The notes: generated by a model from the sequence alone, not told the origin. Shown: positions 13,731-22,636, numbered from the stretch's first letter. The stretch: 64,000 nucleotides of DNA from an uncultured delta proteobacterium (GCA_963716725.1 CAVQUB010000004.1:96001-160000), one strand, 5' to 3'. Numbers and translations: made by a program.

Positions 13731-15213
13731 CTCACGATCAGTCACATCTTTTGATCCGGTTTCGTCCCCCCGTGCGTCCGGAGAGCATGGCAAGAGCGAA
13801 GGCGAAGGTGCGAGTGTCTGTGGCAATGGAGTTCGAGGGGGCTGAGCTTGGGGATCGGCGGCTGAACGCCCGACTGGAGCGGATCGCGCGAGCAGCGGAC
13901 GCGAACCCGCGCGATACCTTTCCCGACATGATGGGCTCTGGGGCAGAACTCGAAGGTTTCTACCGCTTTGTCCGGAACGAAAAGGTGAGCTTCGACGAGG
14001 TGCTCCGGCCGCACGTCAGCGCCACAGTGCGTCGGGTTGCGGAGCACGGCGAAGTGATCGTGATCCACGACACGACGGAGTTTCGGTTCTTGGGCGACAA
14101 GCGCCAGGGGCTCGGCAGGGTCGGCATGGTAGGCCAAGGGTTCATGGGGCACTTCTCGCTCGCGGTCGTCCATGGCGAGGAGAGAGAGCCGCTCGGTGTG
14201 CTTGCGGTCGAGCCGTGGACGCGGCGCGGCGATTCCGTATCGAAGCGTGAGAAGGATGGGCGGACCACCGGCAAGGAAGCCAGAACAGCGCCTGAGCGGG
14301 AATCGCTGCGCTGGGCCAGAGGGATTTCCGCTGCAGAAGACGTCGTGGCCCAGCGAGCTGCCTTGATCCACGTGATGGACAGCGAGGCCGATGACTATGC
14401 GCTCTTGACGCAACTGATCGGGGATGACCGTCGGTTCGTGGTTCGCATGGCCCGTGATCGCGCAATCACGGATGCCGAGGGGAAGGTCAGGGCAGCTGGA
14501 GCGTCAGCGGCGATGGTCGCTGCACGAAGTGTCGCGCTTTCACGCCGTAAACCTCCCATAGGCCCGAAGGACCGACGCAGGCTGGCGCGTGCAGAGCGGC
14601 TCGCCACTCTGACGGTCGGCGCACGACAGCTATCGATCACCCGCCCCTCGTAGGCGGGCAGCAAGTTTTCGAAGAGCCTGCCAGGTCAACGTCATCTACG
14701 TGAACGAAGTCGACGTCCCAAAAGGCACCGAACCGGTCGAGTGGATCCTGTTCACCACGGAGCCCGTCAAAACGAAGAAGCAGATCCTCCGCGTCGTTGA
14801 CATCTACCGGTCGCGTTGGTTGATCGAGGAGTATTTCAAGGCGCTCAAGACCGGCTGCGACCTTGAGAAGCGCCAACTCGAGAGCTGCAGCACGCTCCTG
14901 GTGGCGCTCGGTGTTTTCGTGCCGATCGCGTGGGGTCTGCTCCGTTTGCGCGCGCTCTCCAGAACGGCGCCCGACACCCCGGCAACTCGAGTCCTCACTC
15001 CAACGCAACTCGACCTGCTCCGGCGGCACCCCAAGGCAAAGATGTCTTCGACAGCGACCGTGCGCGAAGCGCTGCTCGCAGTCGCCCGCCTCGGTGGCCA
15101 CCTGCGCAGCAACGGAGACCCTGGCTGGATCGTCCTCGGGCGCGGATACCATCACCTGTTGCTGCTGGAGATCGGCTTCCGGCTGGGCCAGGAAAGATGC
15201 GATCAATCGTGAG
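13731..15213 (+). mobile_element. IS4-family (IS50/Tn5-like) insertion sequence, 1483 bp
   Basis: 19-bp imperfect terminal IRs CTCACGATCAGTCACATCT (13731-13749) and AGATGCGATCAATCGTGAG (15195-15213); 8-bp direct repeat CTGGCGAG at 13723-13730 and 15214-15221. Confidence 0.93.
13787..15212 (+). pseudogene. IS4-family transposase, interrupted (in-frame TAG at 14651 and frameshift ~14682)
   Basis: EFEGAELGDRRLNARL, YRFVRN, IHDTTE, ESLRW, HVMDSEAD; second part EWILFTTEPV, YRSRWLIEEYFKALKTGC (YREK motif), LGGHL...PGW. Confidence 0.9.
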
Positions 15214-15465
15214 CTGGCGAGGGACGCCCCTTGGTGGGCTTGGTGGGGGGCGTGCAAGCACCGTCCCCGCGCTCGGCGTCACGAGAGAAAGCGCACCGCA
15301 TCCCCATTTTCTTCTTGACGCATTTCCAGGCGACTCGCGCTCGCACTTTGCCGGGCGTGTCACCGAAGGCGTCTCTGTTGCGCGACGAAGCTCGCCCATC
15401 GTGTTTCGCTCGAGCGACGACGCGCGACGCGTTTGGACGCGTGAAACGCGCTCACCGTGTCGGCC

Positions 15466-15503
15466 GCGAGGCCAAAAAACAGCGTGTTATGCCAGAAAGC
15501 ATG
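15466..15503 (+). promoter_or_regulatory. Conserved motif immediately upstream of HNH gene (putative extended -10 TGnTATGC)
   Basis: GCGAGGCCAAAAAACAGCGTGTTATGCCAGAAAGCATG aligns with GCGAGGCCGAAAATCCTCGTGGTATGCCGGAGACATG at 62364-62400; promoter function is inferred. Confidence 0.45.
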
Positions 15504-16784
15504 CACGCTCTCTCTTCGGTCTCCGATCGCGAGCTTCGCGAGCGCCTCTCCTCCGCCGTGAGCGCCGAGCAGCTGGCTTCTGCCGACGTCATCTTCCACC
15601 TGGCGGAGCTCGACCGCCGAAAGCTCTACCTCGAGGACGCCTGCTCCTCACTCTTCGCGTACTGCGTGGAGCGGCTCGGCTACTCCGAGGACGGCGCGAG
15701 CAAGCGAGTCCGTGTCGCCCGCTTGGTTCTGCGTTTTCCCCAGGCCCTCGACGAGCTCGCGAGCGGCGCCATCCACCTGACCGGACTGTTCCTGCTCTCC
15801 GGGCACCTCACGGAAGACAACGCCGATCGACTCATCGCCGAGGCTCGCGGCAAGTCGAAGCGGCAGCTCGAGGAGCTGCTCGCTCGGTGGGCGCCCCGGT
15901 CCGACGTACCGGCGACCATCACCCCGAGCGGGCCCGAGCCAGCTCGAGCGGAGTTATCAACAATGTCCGGGACAGGTGGCTCCGAGCTGTCGGCGCCGCC
16001 GCCATCGGCGCACCGTCCTCGTGTCGAGCCGCTCTCGGCCACGAGCTTCCGCGTGGAATTCACCGCCAGTGCCACGCTCCGCGACAAGCTCGAACACGCC
16101 CGGAACCTCCTCAGCCACGCCGTGCCGAGCGGGGATCTCGCGACCCTGATCGAGCGAGCCATCGATCAGCTCATCGCCGTGGAGACGAAGCGCCGCGCGG
16201 GCGCGGGCCAGCCACGCAAGCGCCGTGAACCTCGCGCCGGCTCGCGCCACGTGCCGGTGGAGGTCCAGCGCGCGGTGCGGGAGCGGGATGGCAACCAGTG
16301 CACCTTCGTCGATGCCGAGGGACGCCGCTGCTCCGAGAATAGACCGTCCGGCCGGGCCGGAGGAGCGCCGTCCGCTGATGCGAACAGTCGCAAGGAGCCA
16401 TCTCGAGTCAGGACGCTGAACACGAGTGGTTTCCTGACCATCGAGCACGTCGACCCGTACGCGATGGGAGGACCAACGACAGTGGATAACTGCTGCTTGC
16501 TTTGTTCGGCTCACAACGCCCACCGGGCGCGACAGGTCTACGGCGAGCAGCACGTCCGGAAGAAGGTCTCGGAGGCTCGCGCGGGCCGGGAAGCGCGCGG
16601 TGTGTCTGCGGGGACTGCGGCCGAGCTGAAGAGCGAAGTGTTCGAGAAGGTGCTGGCGGCTCTGCTTCACTCGGGGTTCAAGCGGCACGAGGCGCGGCGA
16701 GCCCTCGAACAGGTGCGCTCGCTCGGAGTCGAGCCGCAGCTCGAGCCAGTGCTGCGCGGAGCGCTGGCGGTACTCACTCCCTGA
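15501..16784 (+). CDS. DUF222-like/HNH endonuclease with C-terminal RuvA domain III-like tail (427 aa)
   Basis: VPVEVQRAVRERDGNQCTFV...RC...TIEHVDPYAMGGPTTVDNCCLLCSAHN is an HNH/Zn motif; tail VLAALLHSGFKRHEARRAL...VLRGALAVL resembles the RuvA C-terminus; start chosen by alignment to the paralog at 62398. Confidence 0.85.
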   Translation: MHALSSVSDRELRERLSSAVSAEQLASADVIFHLAELDRRKLYLEDACSSLFAYCVERLGYSEDGASKRVRVARLVLRFPQALDELASGAIHLTGLFLLSGHLTEDNADRLIAEARGKSKRQLEELLARWAPRSDVPATITPSGPEPARAELSTMSGTGGSELSAPPPSAHRPRVEPLSATSFRVEFTASATLRDKLEHARNLLSHAVPSGDLATLIERAIDQLIAVETKRRAGAGQPRKRREPRAGSRHVPVEVQRAVRERDGNQCTFVDAEGRRCSENRPSGRAGGAPSADANSRKEPSRVRTLNTSGFLTIEHVDPYAMGGPTTVDNCCLLCSAHNAHRARQVYGEQHVRKKVSEARAGREARGVSAGTAAELKSEVFEKVLAALLHSGFKRHEARRALEQVRSLGVEPQLEPVLRGALAVLTP

Positions 16785-18256
16785 GACGGTTCGTGCACAC
16801 CCCCGACAAAGGGGGGGTGCACGGGATGCCGCTTTTGGTCTTGGTAGCGGCAGCGCCGCGGGCACGGGACGCGGCGCCCGACTTCGACAGGCCCATCGTG
16901 AGCAACTCGGCTGGGGGCGCATCGATCTGGAGGCGCAGGTACCTCACGACCACCCCGTGCGTGCCATCGCCGCGGTGATCGACCGCCTGGACCTCTCGAA
17001 GCTCTACGCTCGCATCGGCGCACACGACTCGAACCCCGGCGCGCCGGCCATCGACCCCAAGCTCTTGCTCGGCCTGTGGGTGTACGCCACCAGCGACGGC
17101 GAGAACAGCGCTCGGGAGATCCAGCGCCTGACCGAGTTGCACGCCGCCTGTCGGTGGCTGTGCGGCGGGGTGAGGCTCAACCACCACACGCTCAGCGACT
17201 TTCGCAGCCACAACGCCGAGGTGTTCGACGACCTGGTCACGCAGGTGCTGGCCTTGCCCATGAGCCACGACCTGGTGGACCTCATGCGTGTCGCGCAGGA
17301 CGGCACGCGCGTACGGGCCAGTGCTGGGGCGAGTTCTTTCGCAAGGGCACCACGCTGGAGGCTCTGCGCCAGGAGGCTCTTCTCCCATCTGGCCGCGGTC
17401 ACGGCAGACACCGAGAGCAGCTCACGCCGAGCCGCGGCGCAGAAGCGTGCAGCCCAGGATCGCCTCGACCGGCTCGACGCGGCGCTCGCGCAGTTGCCCG
17501 GGGCCGCGAAGACCAAAAGCAAGAGCGGCGCCAAGGACCCGACCCCTCGAGTGTCGACGACCAATCCGCAGGCACGGGTGATGAAAATGGGCGACGGAGG
17601 ATTCCGGCCCGCCCACAACGTGCAGCTCGCCACGACCGCCGACGACGCGCGGGTCATCGTCGGTGTCGCCGGCACCCACCGCGGCAGCGACATGGCCGAA
17701 TCGACTCCGATGCTCGAGCAGATCGAGAAGCGGACTGGCGTCCGGCCACGAGAGCTCCTCGTCGATGGGGGATACGCGAAGCATGAAGCCATCGACGAAG
17801 CAGCCGCGCGCAACGTCACCGTCTACGCTCCGCTGCCCAAGCCCCGCAACGACGACGGCTCTGACCCTCATCGGCCGAGGGATACCGACAGCTCAGCCGT
17901 TGCCGCCTGGAGACACCGCATGGCCACCGACGAGGCCAAGCAGATCTACCGGCAACGGGCCGCGACCGCCGAGTCCGTCCACGCGGACGCCAAAACGCAC
18001 CGCGGGCTCGACTCGCTGACCCTGCGGGGACGGGGCAAGGCTCTCGCCAGCGTGACGCTCTTCGCGCTCACGTACGACATCCTGCGCGCCATCACGCTCG
18101 GCGTCTGACCCCTCCACCGCTCCGCCGCGGCCCCGTTTTCCGCGCTCGGCCCACCTGAATCGCGTCGCGCTCCACGCGCTCCCGCCCTGCGCCTGGGACT
18201 CGCCCTCGCTCGATCCCCCGGCGGCGCATGCTCAACCGATTTCTTCTCACCCGCTC
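16783..18256 (+). mobile_element. IS1182-family insertion sequence
   Basis: Contains an IS1182-type transposase; ends GAGACGGTTCGTGCAC... and ...TTCTTCTCACCCGCTC are weak IRs with homologs at 13437/15267 and 61930/62159. Confidence 0.75.
16826..18108 (+). pseudogene. IS1182-family transposase, probably degenerate (5' frameshift ~16835, compensating pair ~17338-17382)
   Basis: VPHDHPVRAI, GAPAIDPKLLLGLWVYA, WLCGGVRLNHHTLSDFR, AQDGTRVRASA, STTNPQARVMK...FRPAHNVQ, LVDGGY, IYRQRAATAE. Confidence 0.85.
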
Positions 18257-20093
18257 AGGCCGGGACGGGTCGCCCGCGCGTCTCGTGATCGTCCAGGCGC
18301 TTCTCGATGCCCGCCAAGCCGTTGTTGAGCGACTCGGTGATCATCTGCACCAGCGTCGGCAGGCTGCTCTTGAGCGCCTCGTAGTAGCGCTGGCGCTCGG
18401 TTGAATGGATGATCGCGGGCGGGTGGCCGGCGCGCAGCAAGATGATGTTCATCAGCATGCGCGAGACCTTGCCGCTGTCGTTGGAGAAGGGGAAGACGCG
18501 CACCAGATCGTAGTGGACGCGGGCGGCGATCCGCAGCGGATGCTTGATCTTCTTGGGTTCGGGCCCGTTCAACCAATCGACCACCTGACGGACCTTGTAG
18601 GCGATCTTGTCGGGCGAAGCGTACTCGTGGAAGTACAGGCGGTGCTGCGGGATGTCCTTCCGGTAACGCAGGTTCTTGATGTCACCCTCTTCTGGGTGCA
18701 GCGTCAGGTAGATCTTCTTCACCGTGTCGACGGTGATGGGCGCACGCTTCTTCTCGCCCAGGTCGCGCACGAGCGCGAGCGCCAGCCGGTGCCGCCGGAT
18801 TTCGTCGACCACGGGCTGAAGGCTCGAGTCGGGCACCACGGTCTGTGAAGGATCGGTGGCCGTTCGGAGCTCTTGGTAGGTGTAGACCACGCCCTCGAGC
18901 GCGCTGTCGTGATAGACCCACGACATCTCGAGGCTCTCGGCGTACTCGTTGCGGAAGGCGTCGTCGCACTCCGCCAGGCGCTTCAGAACCAGAGCGTAGC
19001 GGTCCTCCATGGAGGCGGGCGGCGGCTCTTTCGGCGGCGGCGGCGGCGACACGACCGCTGCCGTGGGAGAGGTTCGAGCGAGCGCGGGTCGCGCCGACTG
19101 TGAGCCTTGGCGCGTCGTGCCTGCTTGGTTCGGGATCGCGTCTGGACGATAGACTCGGGTCGTCGACGCCCGCCCGGCGCCTGCTCGAAGCGCGCGCTTG
19201 GTGGCCCGTGCCACCCGTCCCTCGAGGGCGCGTCGGGCGGCTTCGCGGTCCGCCCGGAGGCGCTCCCGCTCGACCTCTTTGGCCTTGCGATAAACTTCGC
19301 GCTCCGCGTCGCGTCGCGCCCGCTCTTCATCTTTGGCGCGCCGCGCCTCTTCCCGGACGCGCTCGCGCTCGGCCTCGCGCTCCGCGCGCTCGGCCTCCTT
19401 CAGGTCGCGCGCGGCTTCCTTCACGCGCTCGCGCTCGGCCTCCCGCGCCTTGCGCTCGGCGTCGCGCTTGGCTGCCAGGGCCTTCTGCTCGCGAGCACGC
19501 TCTTTCTCGCGCTCTTTCCGCTCGCGTTCGCGCTCTTTCTGTTCGCGTTCGCGCTCTTTCTCGCGCTCACGCTTCTCGCGTTCGCGCTCCTTCTGCGCGA
19601 GCGCGCGCTCTTTCTCGCGCTCACGCTTCTCGCGTTCGCGCTCGCGGAGCGCGTTGGCCCGCTCGCGCTCTTTTTCGCGCAGCGCTCTCGCTCGGTCTTG
19701 CTCGCGCTGCCGCTTCGACGGCGGCGGGCGCTTCCCGGCCTTGGCCTTGGGCTTCAGCGTGGCCTTGGCCTTGGGCTTCAGCGTGGCCTTGGCCTTGGGC
19801 TTCGAAATAGCCTTGGGCTTGGGCTTGGGCTTCGAAATAGCCTTGGCTTTGGCTTTGGCTTTGGCCTTGGCCTTCGGCGTGGCTTTGGGCTTCGGCGTGG
19901 CTTTGGGCTTGGCCTTCGGGCGGGTCGTGGGCTTCACTTTGGATTTGGGCTTCGGCTTCGCCGTGGCCTTGGCCTTGGCCTTCGGCCGCGAGGCCGAAGG
20001 TCGCGCCTTGGCCGCCGCGCCCGCCTTCTTTTTTGTAGCGGGGCGGGGTTTCGCAGCGGACTTGTTTGGTTTTTTCGTTGTACGGGCCGGCAT
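18255..20093 (-). CDS. Fic-domain protein with histone-H1-like Lys/Ala/Pro N-terminus and charged coiled coil
   Basis: C-terminal YHDSALEG, YRKDIP, AARVHYDLVRVFPFSNDSGKVSRMLMNIILLRAGHPP, RYYEAL; N-terminal KPKAKA repeats. Confidence 0.85.
   Translation of the reverse strand: MPARTTKKPNKSAAKPRPATKKKAGAAAKARPSASRPKAKAKATAKPKPKSKVKPTTRPKAKPKATPKPKATPKAKAKAKAKAKAISKPKPKPKAISKPKAKATLKPKAKATLKPKAKAGKRPPPSKRQREQDRARALREKERERANALREREREKREREKERALAQKEREREKREREKEREREQKERERERKEREKERAREQKALAAKRDAERKAREAERERVKEAARDLKEAERAEREAERERVREEARRAKDEERARRDAEREVYRKAKEVERERLRADREAARRALEGRVARATKRALRAGAGRASTTRVYRPDAIPNQAGTTRQGSQSARPALARTSPTAAVVSPPPPPKEPPPASMEDRYALVLKRLAECDDAFRNEYAESLEMSWVYHDSALEGVVYTYQELRTATDPSQTVVPDSSLQPVVDEIRRHRLALALVRDLGEKKRAPITVDTVKKIYLTLHPEEGDIKNLRYRKDIPQHRLYFHEYASPDKIAYKVRQVVDWLNGPEPKKIKHPLRIAARVHYDLVRVFPFSNDSGKVSRMLMNIILLRAGHPPAIIHSTERQRYYEALKSSLPTLVQMITESLNNGLAGIEKRLDDHETRGRPVPA
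19736..19985 (-). repeat. Coding low-complexity tandem repeats (KPKAKATL, KPKATP, KAKA)
   Basis: Repeated GGCCTTGGCCTTGGGCTTCAGCGT and GCTTCGGCGTGGCTTTGG units. Confidence 0.85.
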
Positions 20094-20214
20094 CGCCGAA
20101 GCCTCGGCCGCGGGCCGATCGCAGTCGCACACCGCGGAAAAAGTCGGGCTTCACGCTAGTCGCGGCGCACGCAATTCGTCAACAGCCTTCGTTTGGCCGA
20201 GGCACCGGAATCGA

Positions 20215-21039
20215 CTAGCGGGCGTCGAAGTACTCGGGGAAGAGCTCGCTCTGGGCCAGGACCTGAGAGCGGCCGGTCAGGACCTCCGCGCCCGTCTCGG
20301 TCACCAGCACCGTATGCTCGAATTGGGCCGAGAGGGAGCCATCGGTGGTCACGGCGGTCCAGTCGTCATCGAGGACCCGGACTTCCCAGCCCCCGACGTT
20401 GATCATCGGTTCGATGGTGAAGATCATCCCGGGACGGAGGCGGATCCCCCGACCCCAGGTGCCGTAGTGGCTGACCTTCGGCTCTTCGTGGAACTGGCGT
20501 CCGATGCCGTGGCCGACGAAGTCTCGCACCACGGAGCAACCCTGGCCTTCGGCGAAGCCCTGAATGGCAGCGCCGATGTCACCCAGTCGCGCGCCGGCGC
20601 GGACCTGCGCGATGCCGAGGGCCAACGAGCGTCGGGCCACCTCGGTGACCTTGATCGCCTCCGCGCTGGGCTTCCCGATGTAGAACGTCGCGGACGTGTC
20701 GCCGTAGAAGCCTTTGTACACGTGGGTCACGTCGACGTTGATGATGTCCCCGTCCCGGAGCACCTGCGCACCCGGGATGCCGTGGCAGACGACGTCGTTG
20801 ATGCTCGTGCAAACGCTCTTCGGAAAGCCTTTGTACTGGAGCGGCGCCGGCCGCGCGCCTCGGCGCAACGTGTCTTCGTGAACGAAGCTGTTGATGTCCT
20901 CGGTGGTGATGCCGGGGCGCAGCATTTCACCGACGAGCTCGAGGGTCTCTGCCGCCATGCGGCAGACCTCGCGCATGCGGTCGATCTCTTTCGGTCCTTT
21001 GATTTCAACCGAGGTCCCGCGAAATCCCATGATGTCCAT
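20215..21039 (-). CDS. map: Type I methionyl aminopeptidase
   Basis: FPKSVCTSINDVVCHGIP, DIINVDVT, GHGIGRQFHEEP, FTIEPMIN, SAQFEHT. Confidence 0.96.
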   Translation of the reverse strand: MDIMGFRGTSVEIKGPKEIDRMREVCRMAAETLELVGEMLRPGITTEDINSFVHEDTLRRGARPAPLQYKGFPKSVCTSINDVVCHGIPGAQVLRDGDIINVDVTHVYKGFYGDTSATFYIGKPSAEAIKVTEVARRSLALGIAQVRAGARLGDIGAAIQGFAEGQGCSVVRDFVGHGIGRQFHEEPKVSHYGTWGRGIRLRPGMIFTIEPMINVGGWEVRVLDDDWTAVTTDGSLSAQFEHTVLVTETGAEVLTGRSQVLAQSELFPEYFDAR

Positions 21040-21582
21040 CTAACGCCTCAGTTCTCCCATGATGCGGGCTTGGTCTATGGCTCGGTTCACGCGAGGATTG
21101 TCGGCTTCGATGCGCCAACGCAGCGTCGACTCACCGTCTTCAGCGTAGCGCTTGTAGAGCAGGATCACTACTCTGCCCACCAGCTCCGCTTCGAAGCTCT
21201 TGACGAAGCCGAAGCTCGGGTTCGTCGGGGGGATGCTCAGGCTGAGGCTTTCGGACACGCTCGGTCCCTTGAGCGCAGGGGGCAGCGGCGCCAGGGTGAT
21301 CACGAAGCTCTCGGCCTGGCCCGTGCTGTCGCGCGTGACCGTGACCACCTTGGCGCGCATGATTCCGTCCGCCAGCGCGGCCCGGCGCCCGACGGGGTCC
21401 GCAGCCTCCGCCTCGCCGCCGAACACCTCGGCGCTCAAGCGATCGTCGAGCAGCGCCGCGTCAGACGCGGTAAATGGTGGCAAATGGGCTAGGTCTGGGT
21501 CGGCTGCGGGTCGGGGGCCGCTGGGGCCACAGGCAGCGACGCAGGCCACCAGAGCGGCGACGATCGAACGAGTGGGGGGCAT
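21040..21582 (-). CDS. Hypothetical lipoprotein
   Basis: Signal ending VAAC; abuts map. Confidence 0.65.
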   Translation of the reverse strand: MPPTRSIVAALVACVAACGPSGPRPAADPDLAHLPPFTASDAALLDDRLSAEVFGGEAEAADPVGRRAALADGIMRAKVVTVTRDSTGQAESFVITLAPLPPALKGPSVSESLSLSIPPTNPSFGFVKSFEAELVGRVVILLYKRYAEDGESTLRWRIEADNPRVNRAIDQARIMGELRR

Positions 21583-21740
21583 GAGGGGTGGATCGATTTC
21601 CAGGCTGCCGGAGCTTGCTCCATCGTCTGCCGCCGTCCAACGTCTAAGCTGAGCGGCCGCTTGAGCGGCAGCGCGCTTCGGTGCTAGCGTCCCGCGGCCC
21701 GCAGTACAGTACCCACCAAGGATTTCGGGAGGATAGCCAA

Positions 21741-22595
21741 ATGTTGCTCCGCGTCTTCGGGATGCTCTCCATCACCAGCGTACTTGCCCTCGGCCTCGCC
21801 GCCGCGCCTGCCTCCGCCCAGGGGAAGGGCAAGGCGGCCGCCAAGAAGAAGGCAGAGGAGCCCGCTCCCACCGGACCGGCGAAGATGAAGGGCAAGCTCG
21901 GGCTGAGCCCCAAAGGGCTGGGCTGGAACGCCTCGCTCGAGGCCGTCGCCAAGATCTACGACAAGGTCTTCGACCAAGAATTCATGCCCCTTTACAAGAA
22001 GGCGCAGCCTGGCCCGGGCATGGATGCCCTCGACGCCGAGTTGGCGGACAAGAAGGCGCTGCTTCGGCGGAACAAGATCGCGTTTGCCGATCTGCCCACC
22101 GGCGTCGACTACAGCGCACTCAAGGGTGAGTACAGCTACGGCAACAAGGAGAGCATGACGAGGCTGACGCTGCGCACCGGCGTGACTCGGAACTTCTTCT
22201 TCTTCGACGACAAGGCGTGGAAGGTCTACGACGAGCACAAACTGCGCAAGGGTGGGCCGTACGGTGAGAACTGGGAAGAGGCCAGCGAGATCCTGACCAA
22301 GAAGTTCGGAACCGCCGGATTCAAGGTCGAATCCGACTACGCCAAGGGGCGGAACTACGCGGAGCTGCAGTGGACCGACGGAACGACGGTGATCCGCGCC
22401 ATCGATCGCGGCAACGTCATCGGGCTGGTCTACCAGGACGCCAACGTGTTCTTCAATTTGCCGAAGTACCGCCCGAACAAGCCGAAGAACCCTCACGCGA
22501 TCGACAAGGACGTCGCCGCCGCAACCGCCAAGCCGCCGCCGCCAGAAGAGAAGAAGCCGGCCGGCAAGGGCAAGGGCAAGGGCAAGGGCAAGTAG
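21741..22595 (+). CDS. Secreted Lys-rich hypothetical protein
   Basis: GGAGGA RBS, signal peptide ending ASA, strong GC3 bias. Confidence 0.75.
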   Translation: MLLRVFGMLSITSVLALGLAAAPASAQGKGKAAAKKKAEEPAPTGPAKMKGKLGLSPKGLGWNASLEAVAKIYDKVFDQEFMPLYKKAQPGPGMDALDAELADKKALLRRNKIAFADLPTGVDYSALKGEYSYGNKESMTRLTLRTGVTRNFFFFDDKAWKVYDEHKLRKGGPYGENWEEASEILTKKFGTAGFKVESDYAKGRNYAELQWTDGTTVIRAIDRGNVIGLVYQDANVFFNLPKYRPNKPKNPHAIDKDVAAATAKPPPPEEKKPAGKGKGKGKGK

Positions 22596-22636
22596 CGGCG
22601 AACCTGCGCGGGTCGCCCAACAAGGCCCAGTCGAGC

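Larger units (their letters stand above)
13437..15267 (-). mobile_element. Internally deleted IS1182-like element (MITE-like, ~340 bp without the nested IS4)
   Basis: Minus strand from 15267 reads GGGACGGTGCTTGCACGCCCCC and, after removing the IS4, GGGTCGTGCATGGGACG...CTTGTCAGCGGCAGCG, matching the 5' end of the IS1182 at 16783. The 13437 end (GGGCCTGTGAAAGAATC...GAGTCGCCGGCATGGGGGCG) resembles that element's 3' end. Confidence 0.65.

Noticed and set aside
14651..14653. Programmed TAG readthrough or pyrrolysine in the IS4 transposase
   Set aside because: A frameshift follows ~30 bp later and no pyl genes are seen; decay or sequence error is simpler
15501..16784. IscB/Cas9-like (HEARO/OMEGA) nuclease
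   Set aside because: No PLMP N-terminus or split RuvC motifs visible; only an HNH domain
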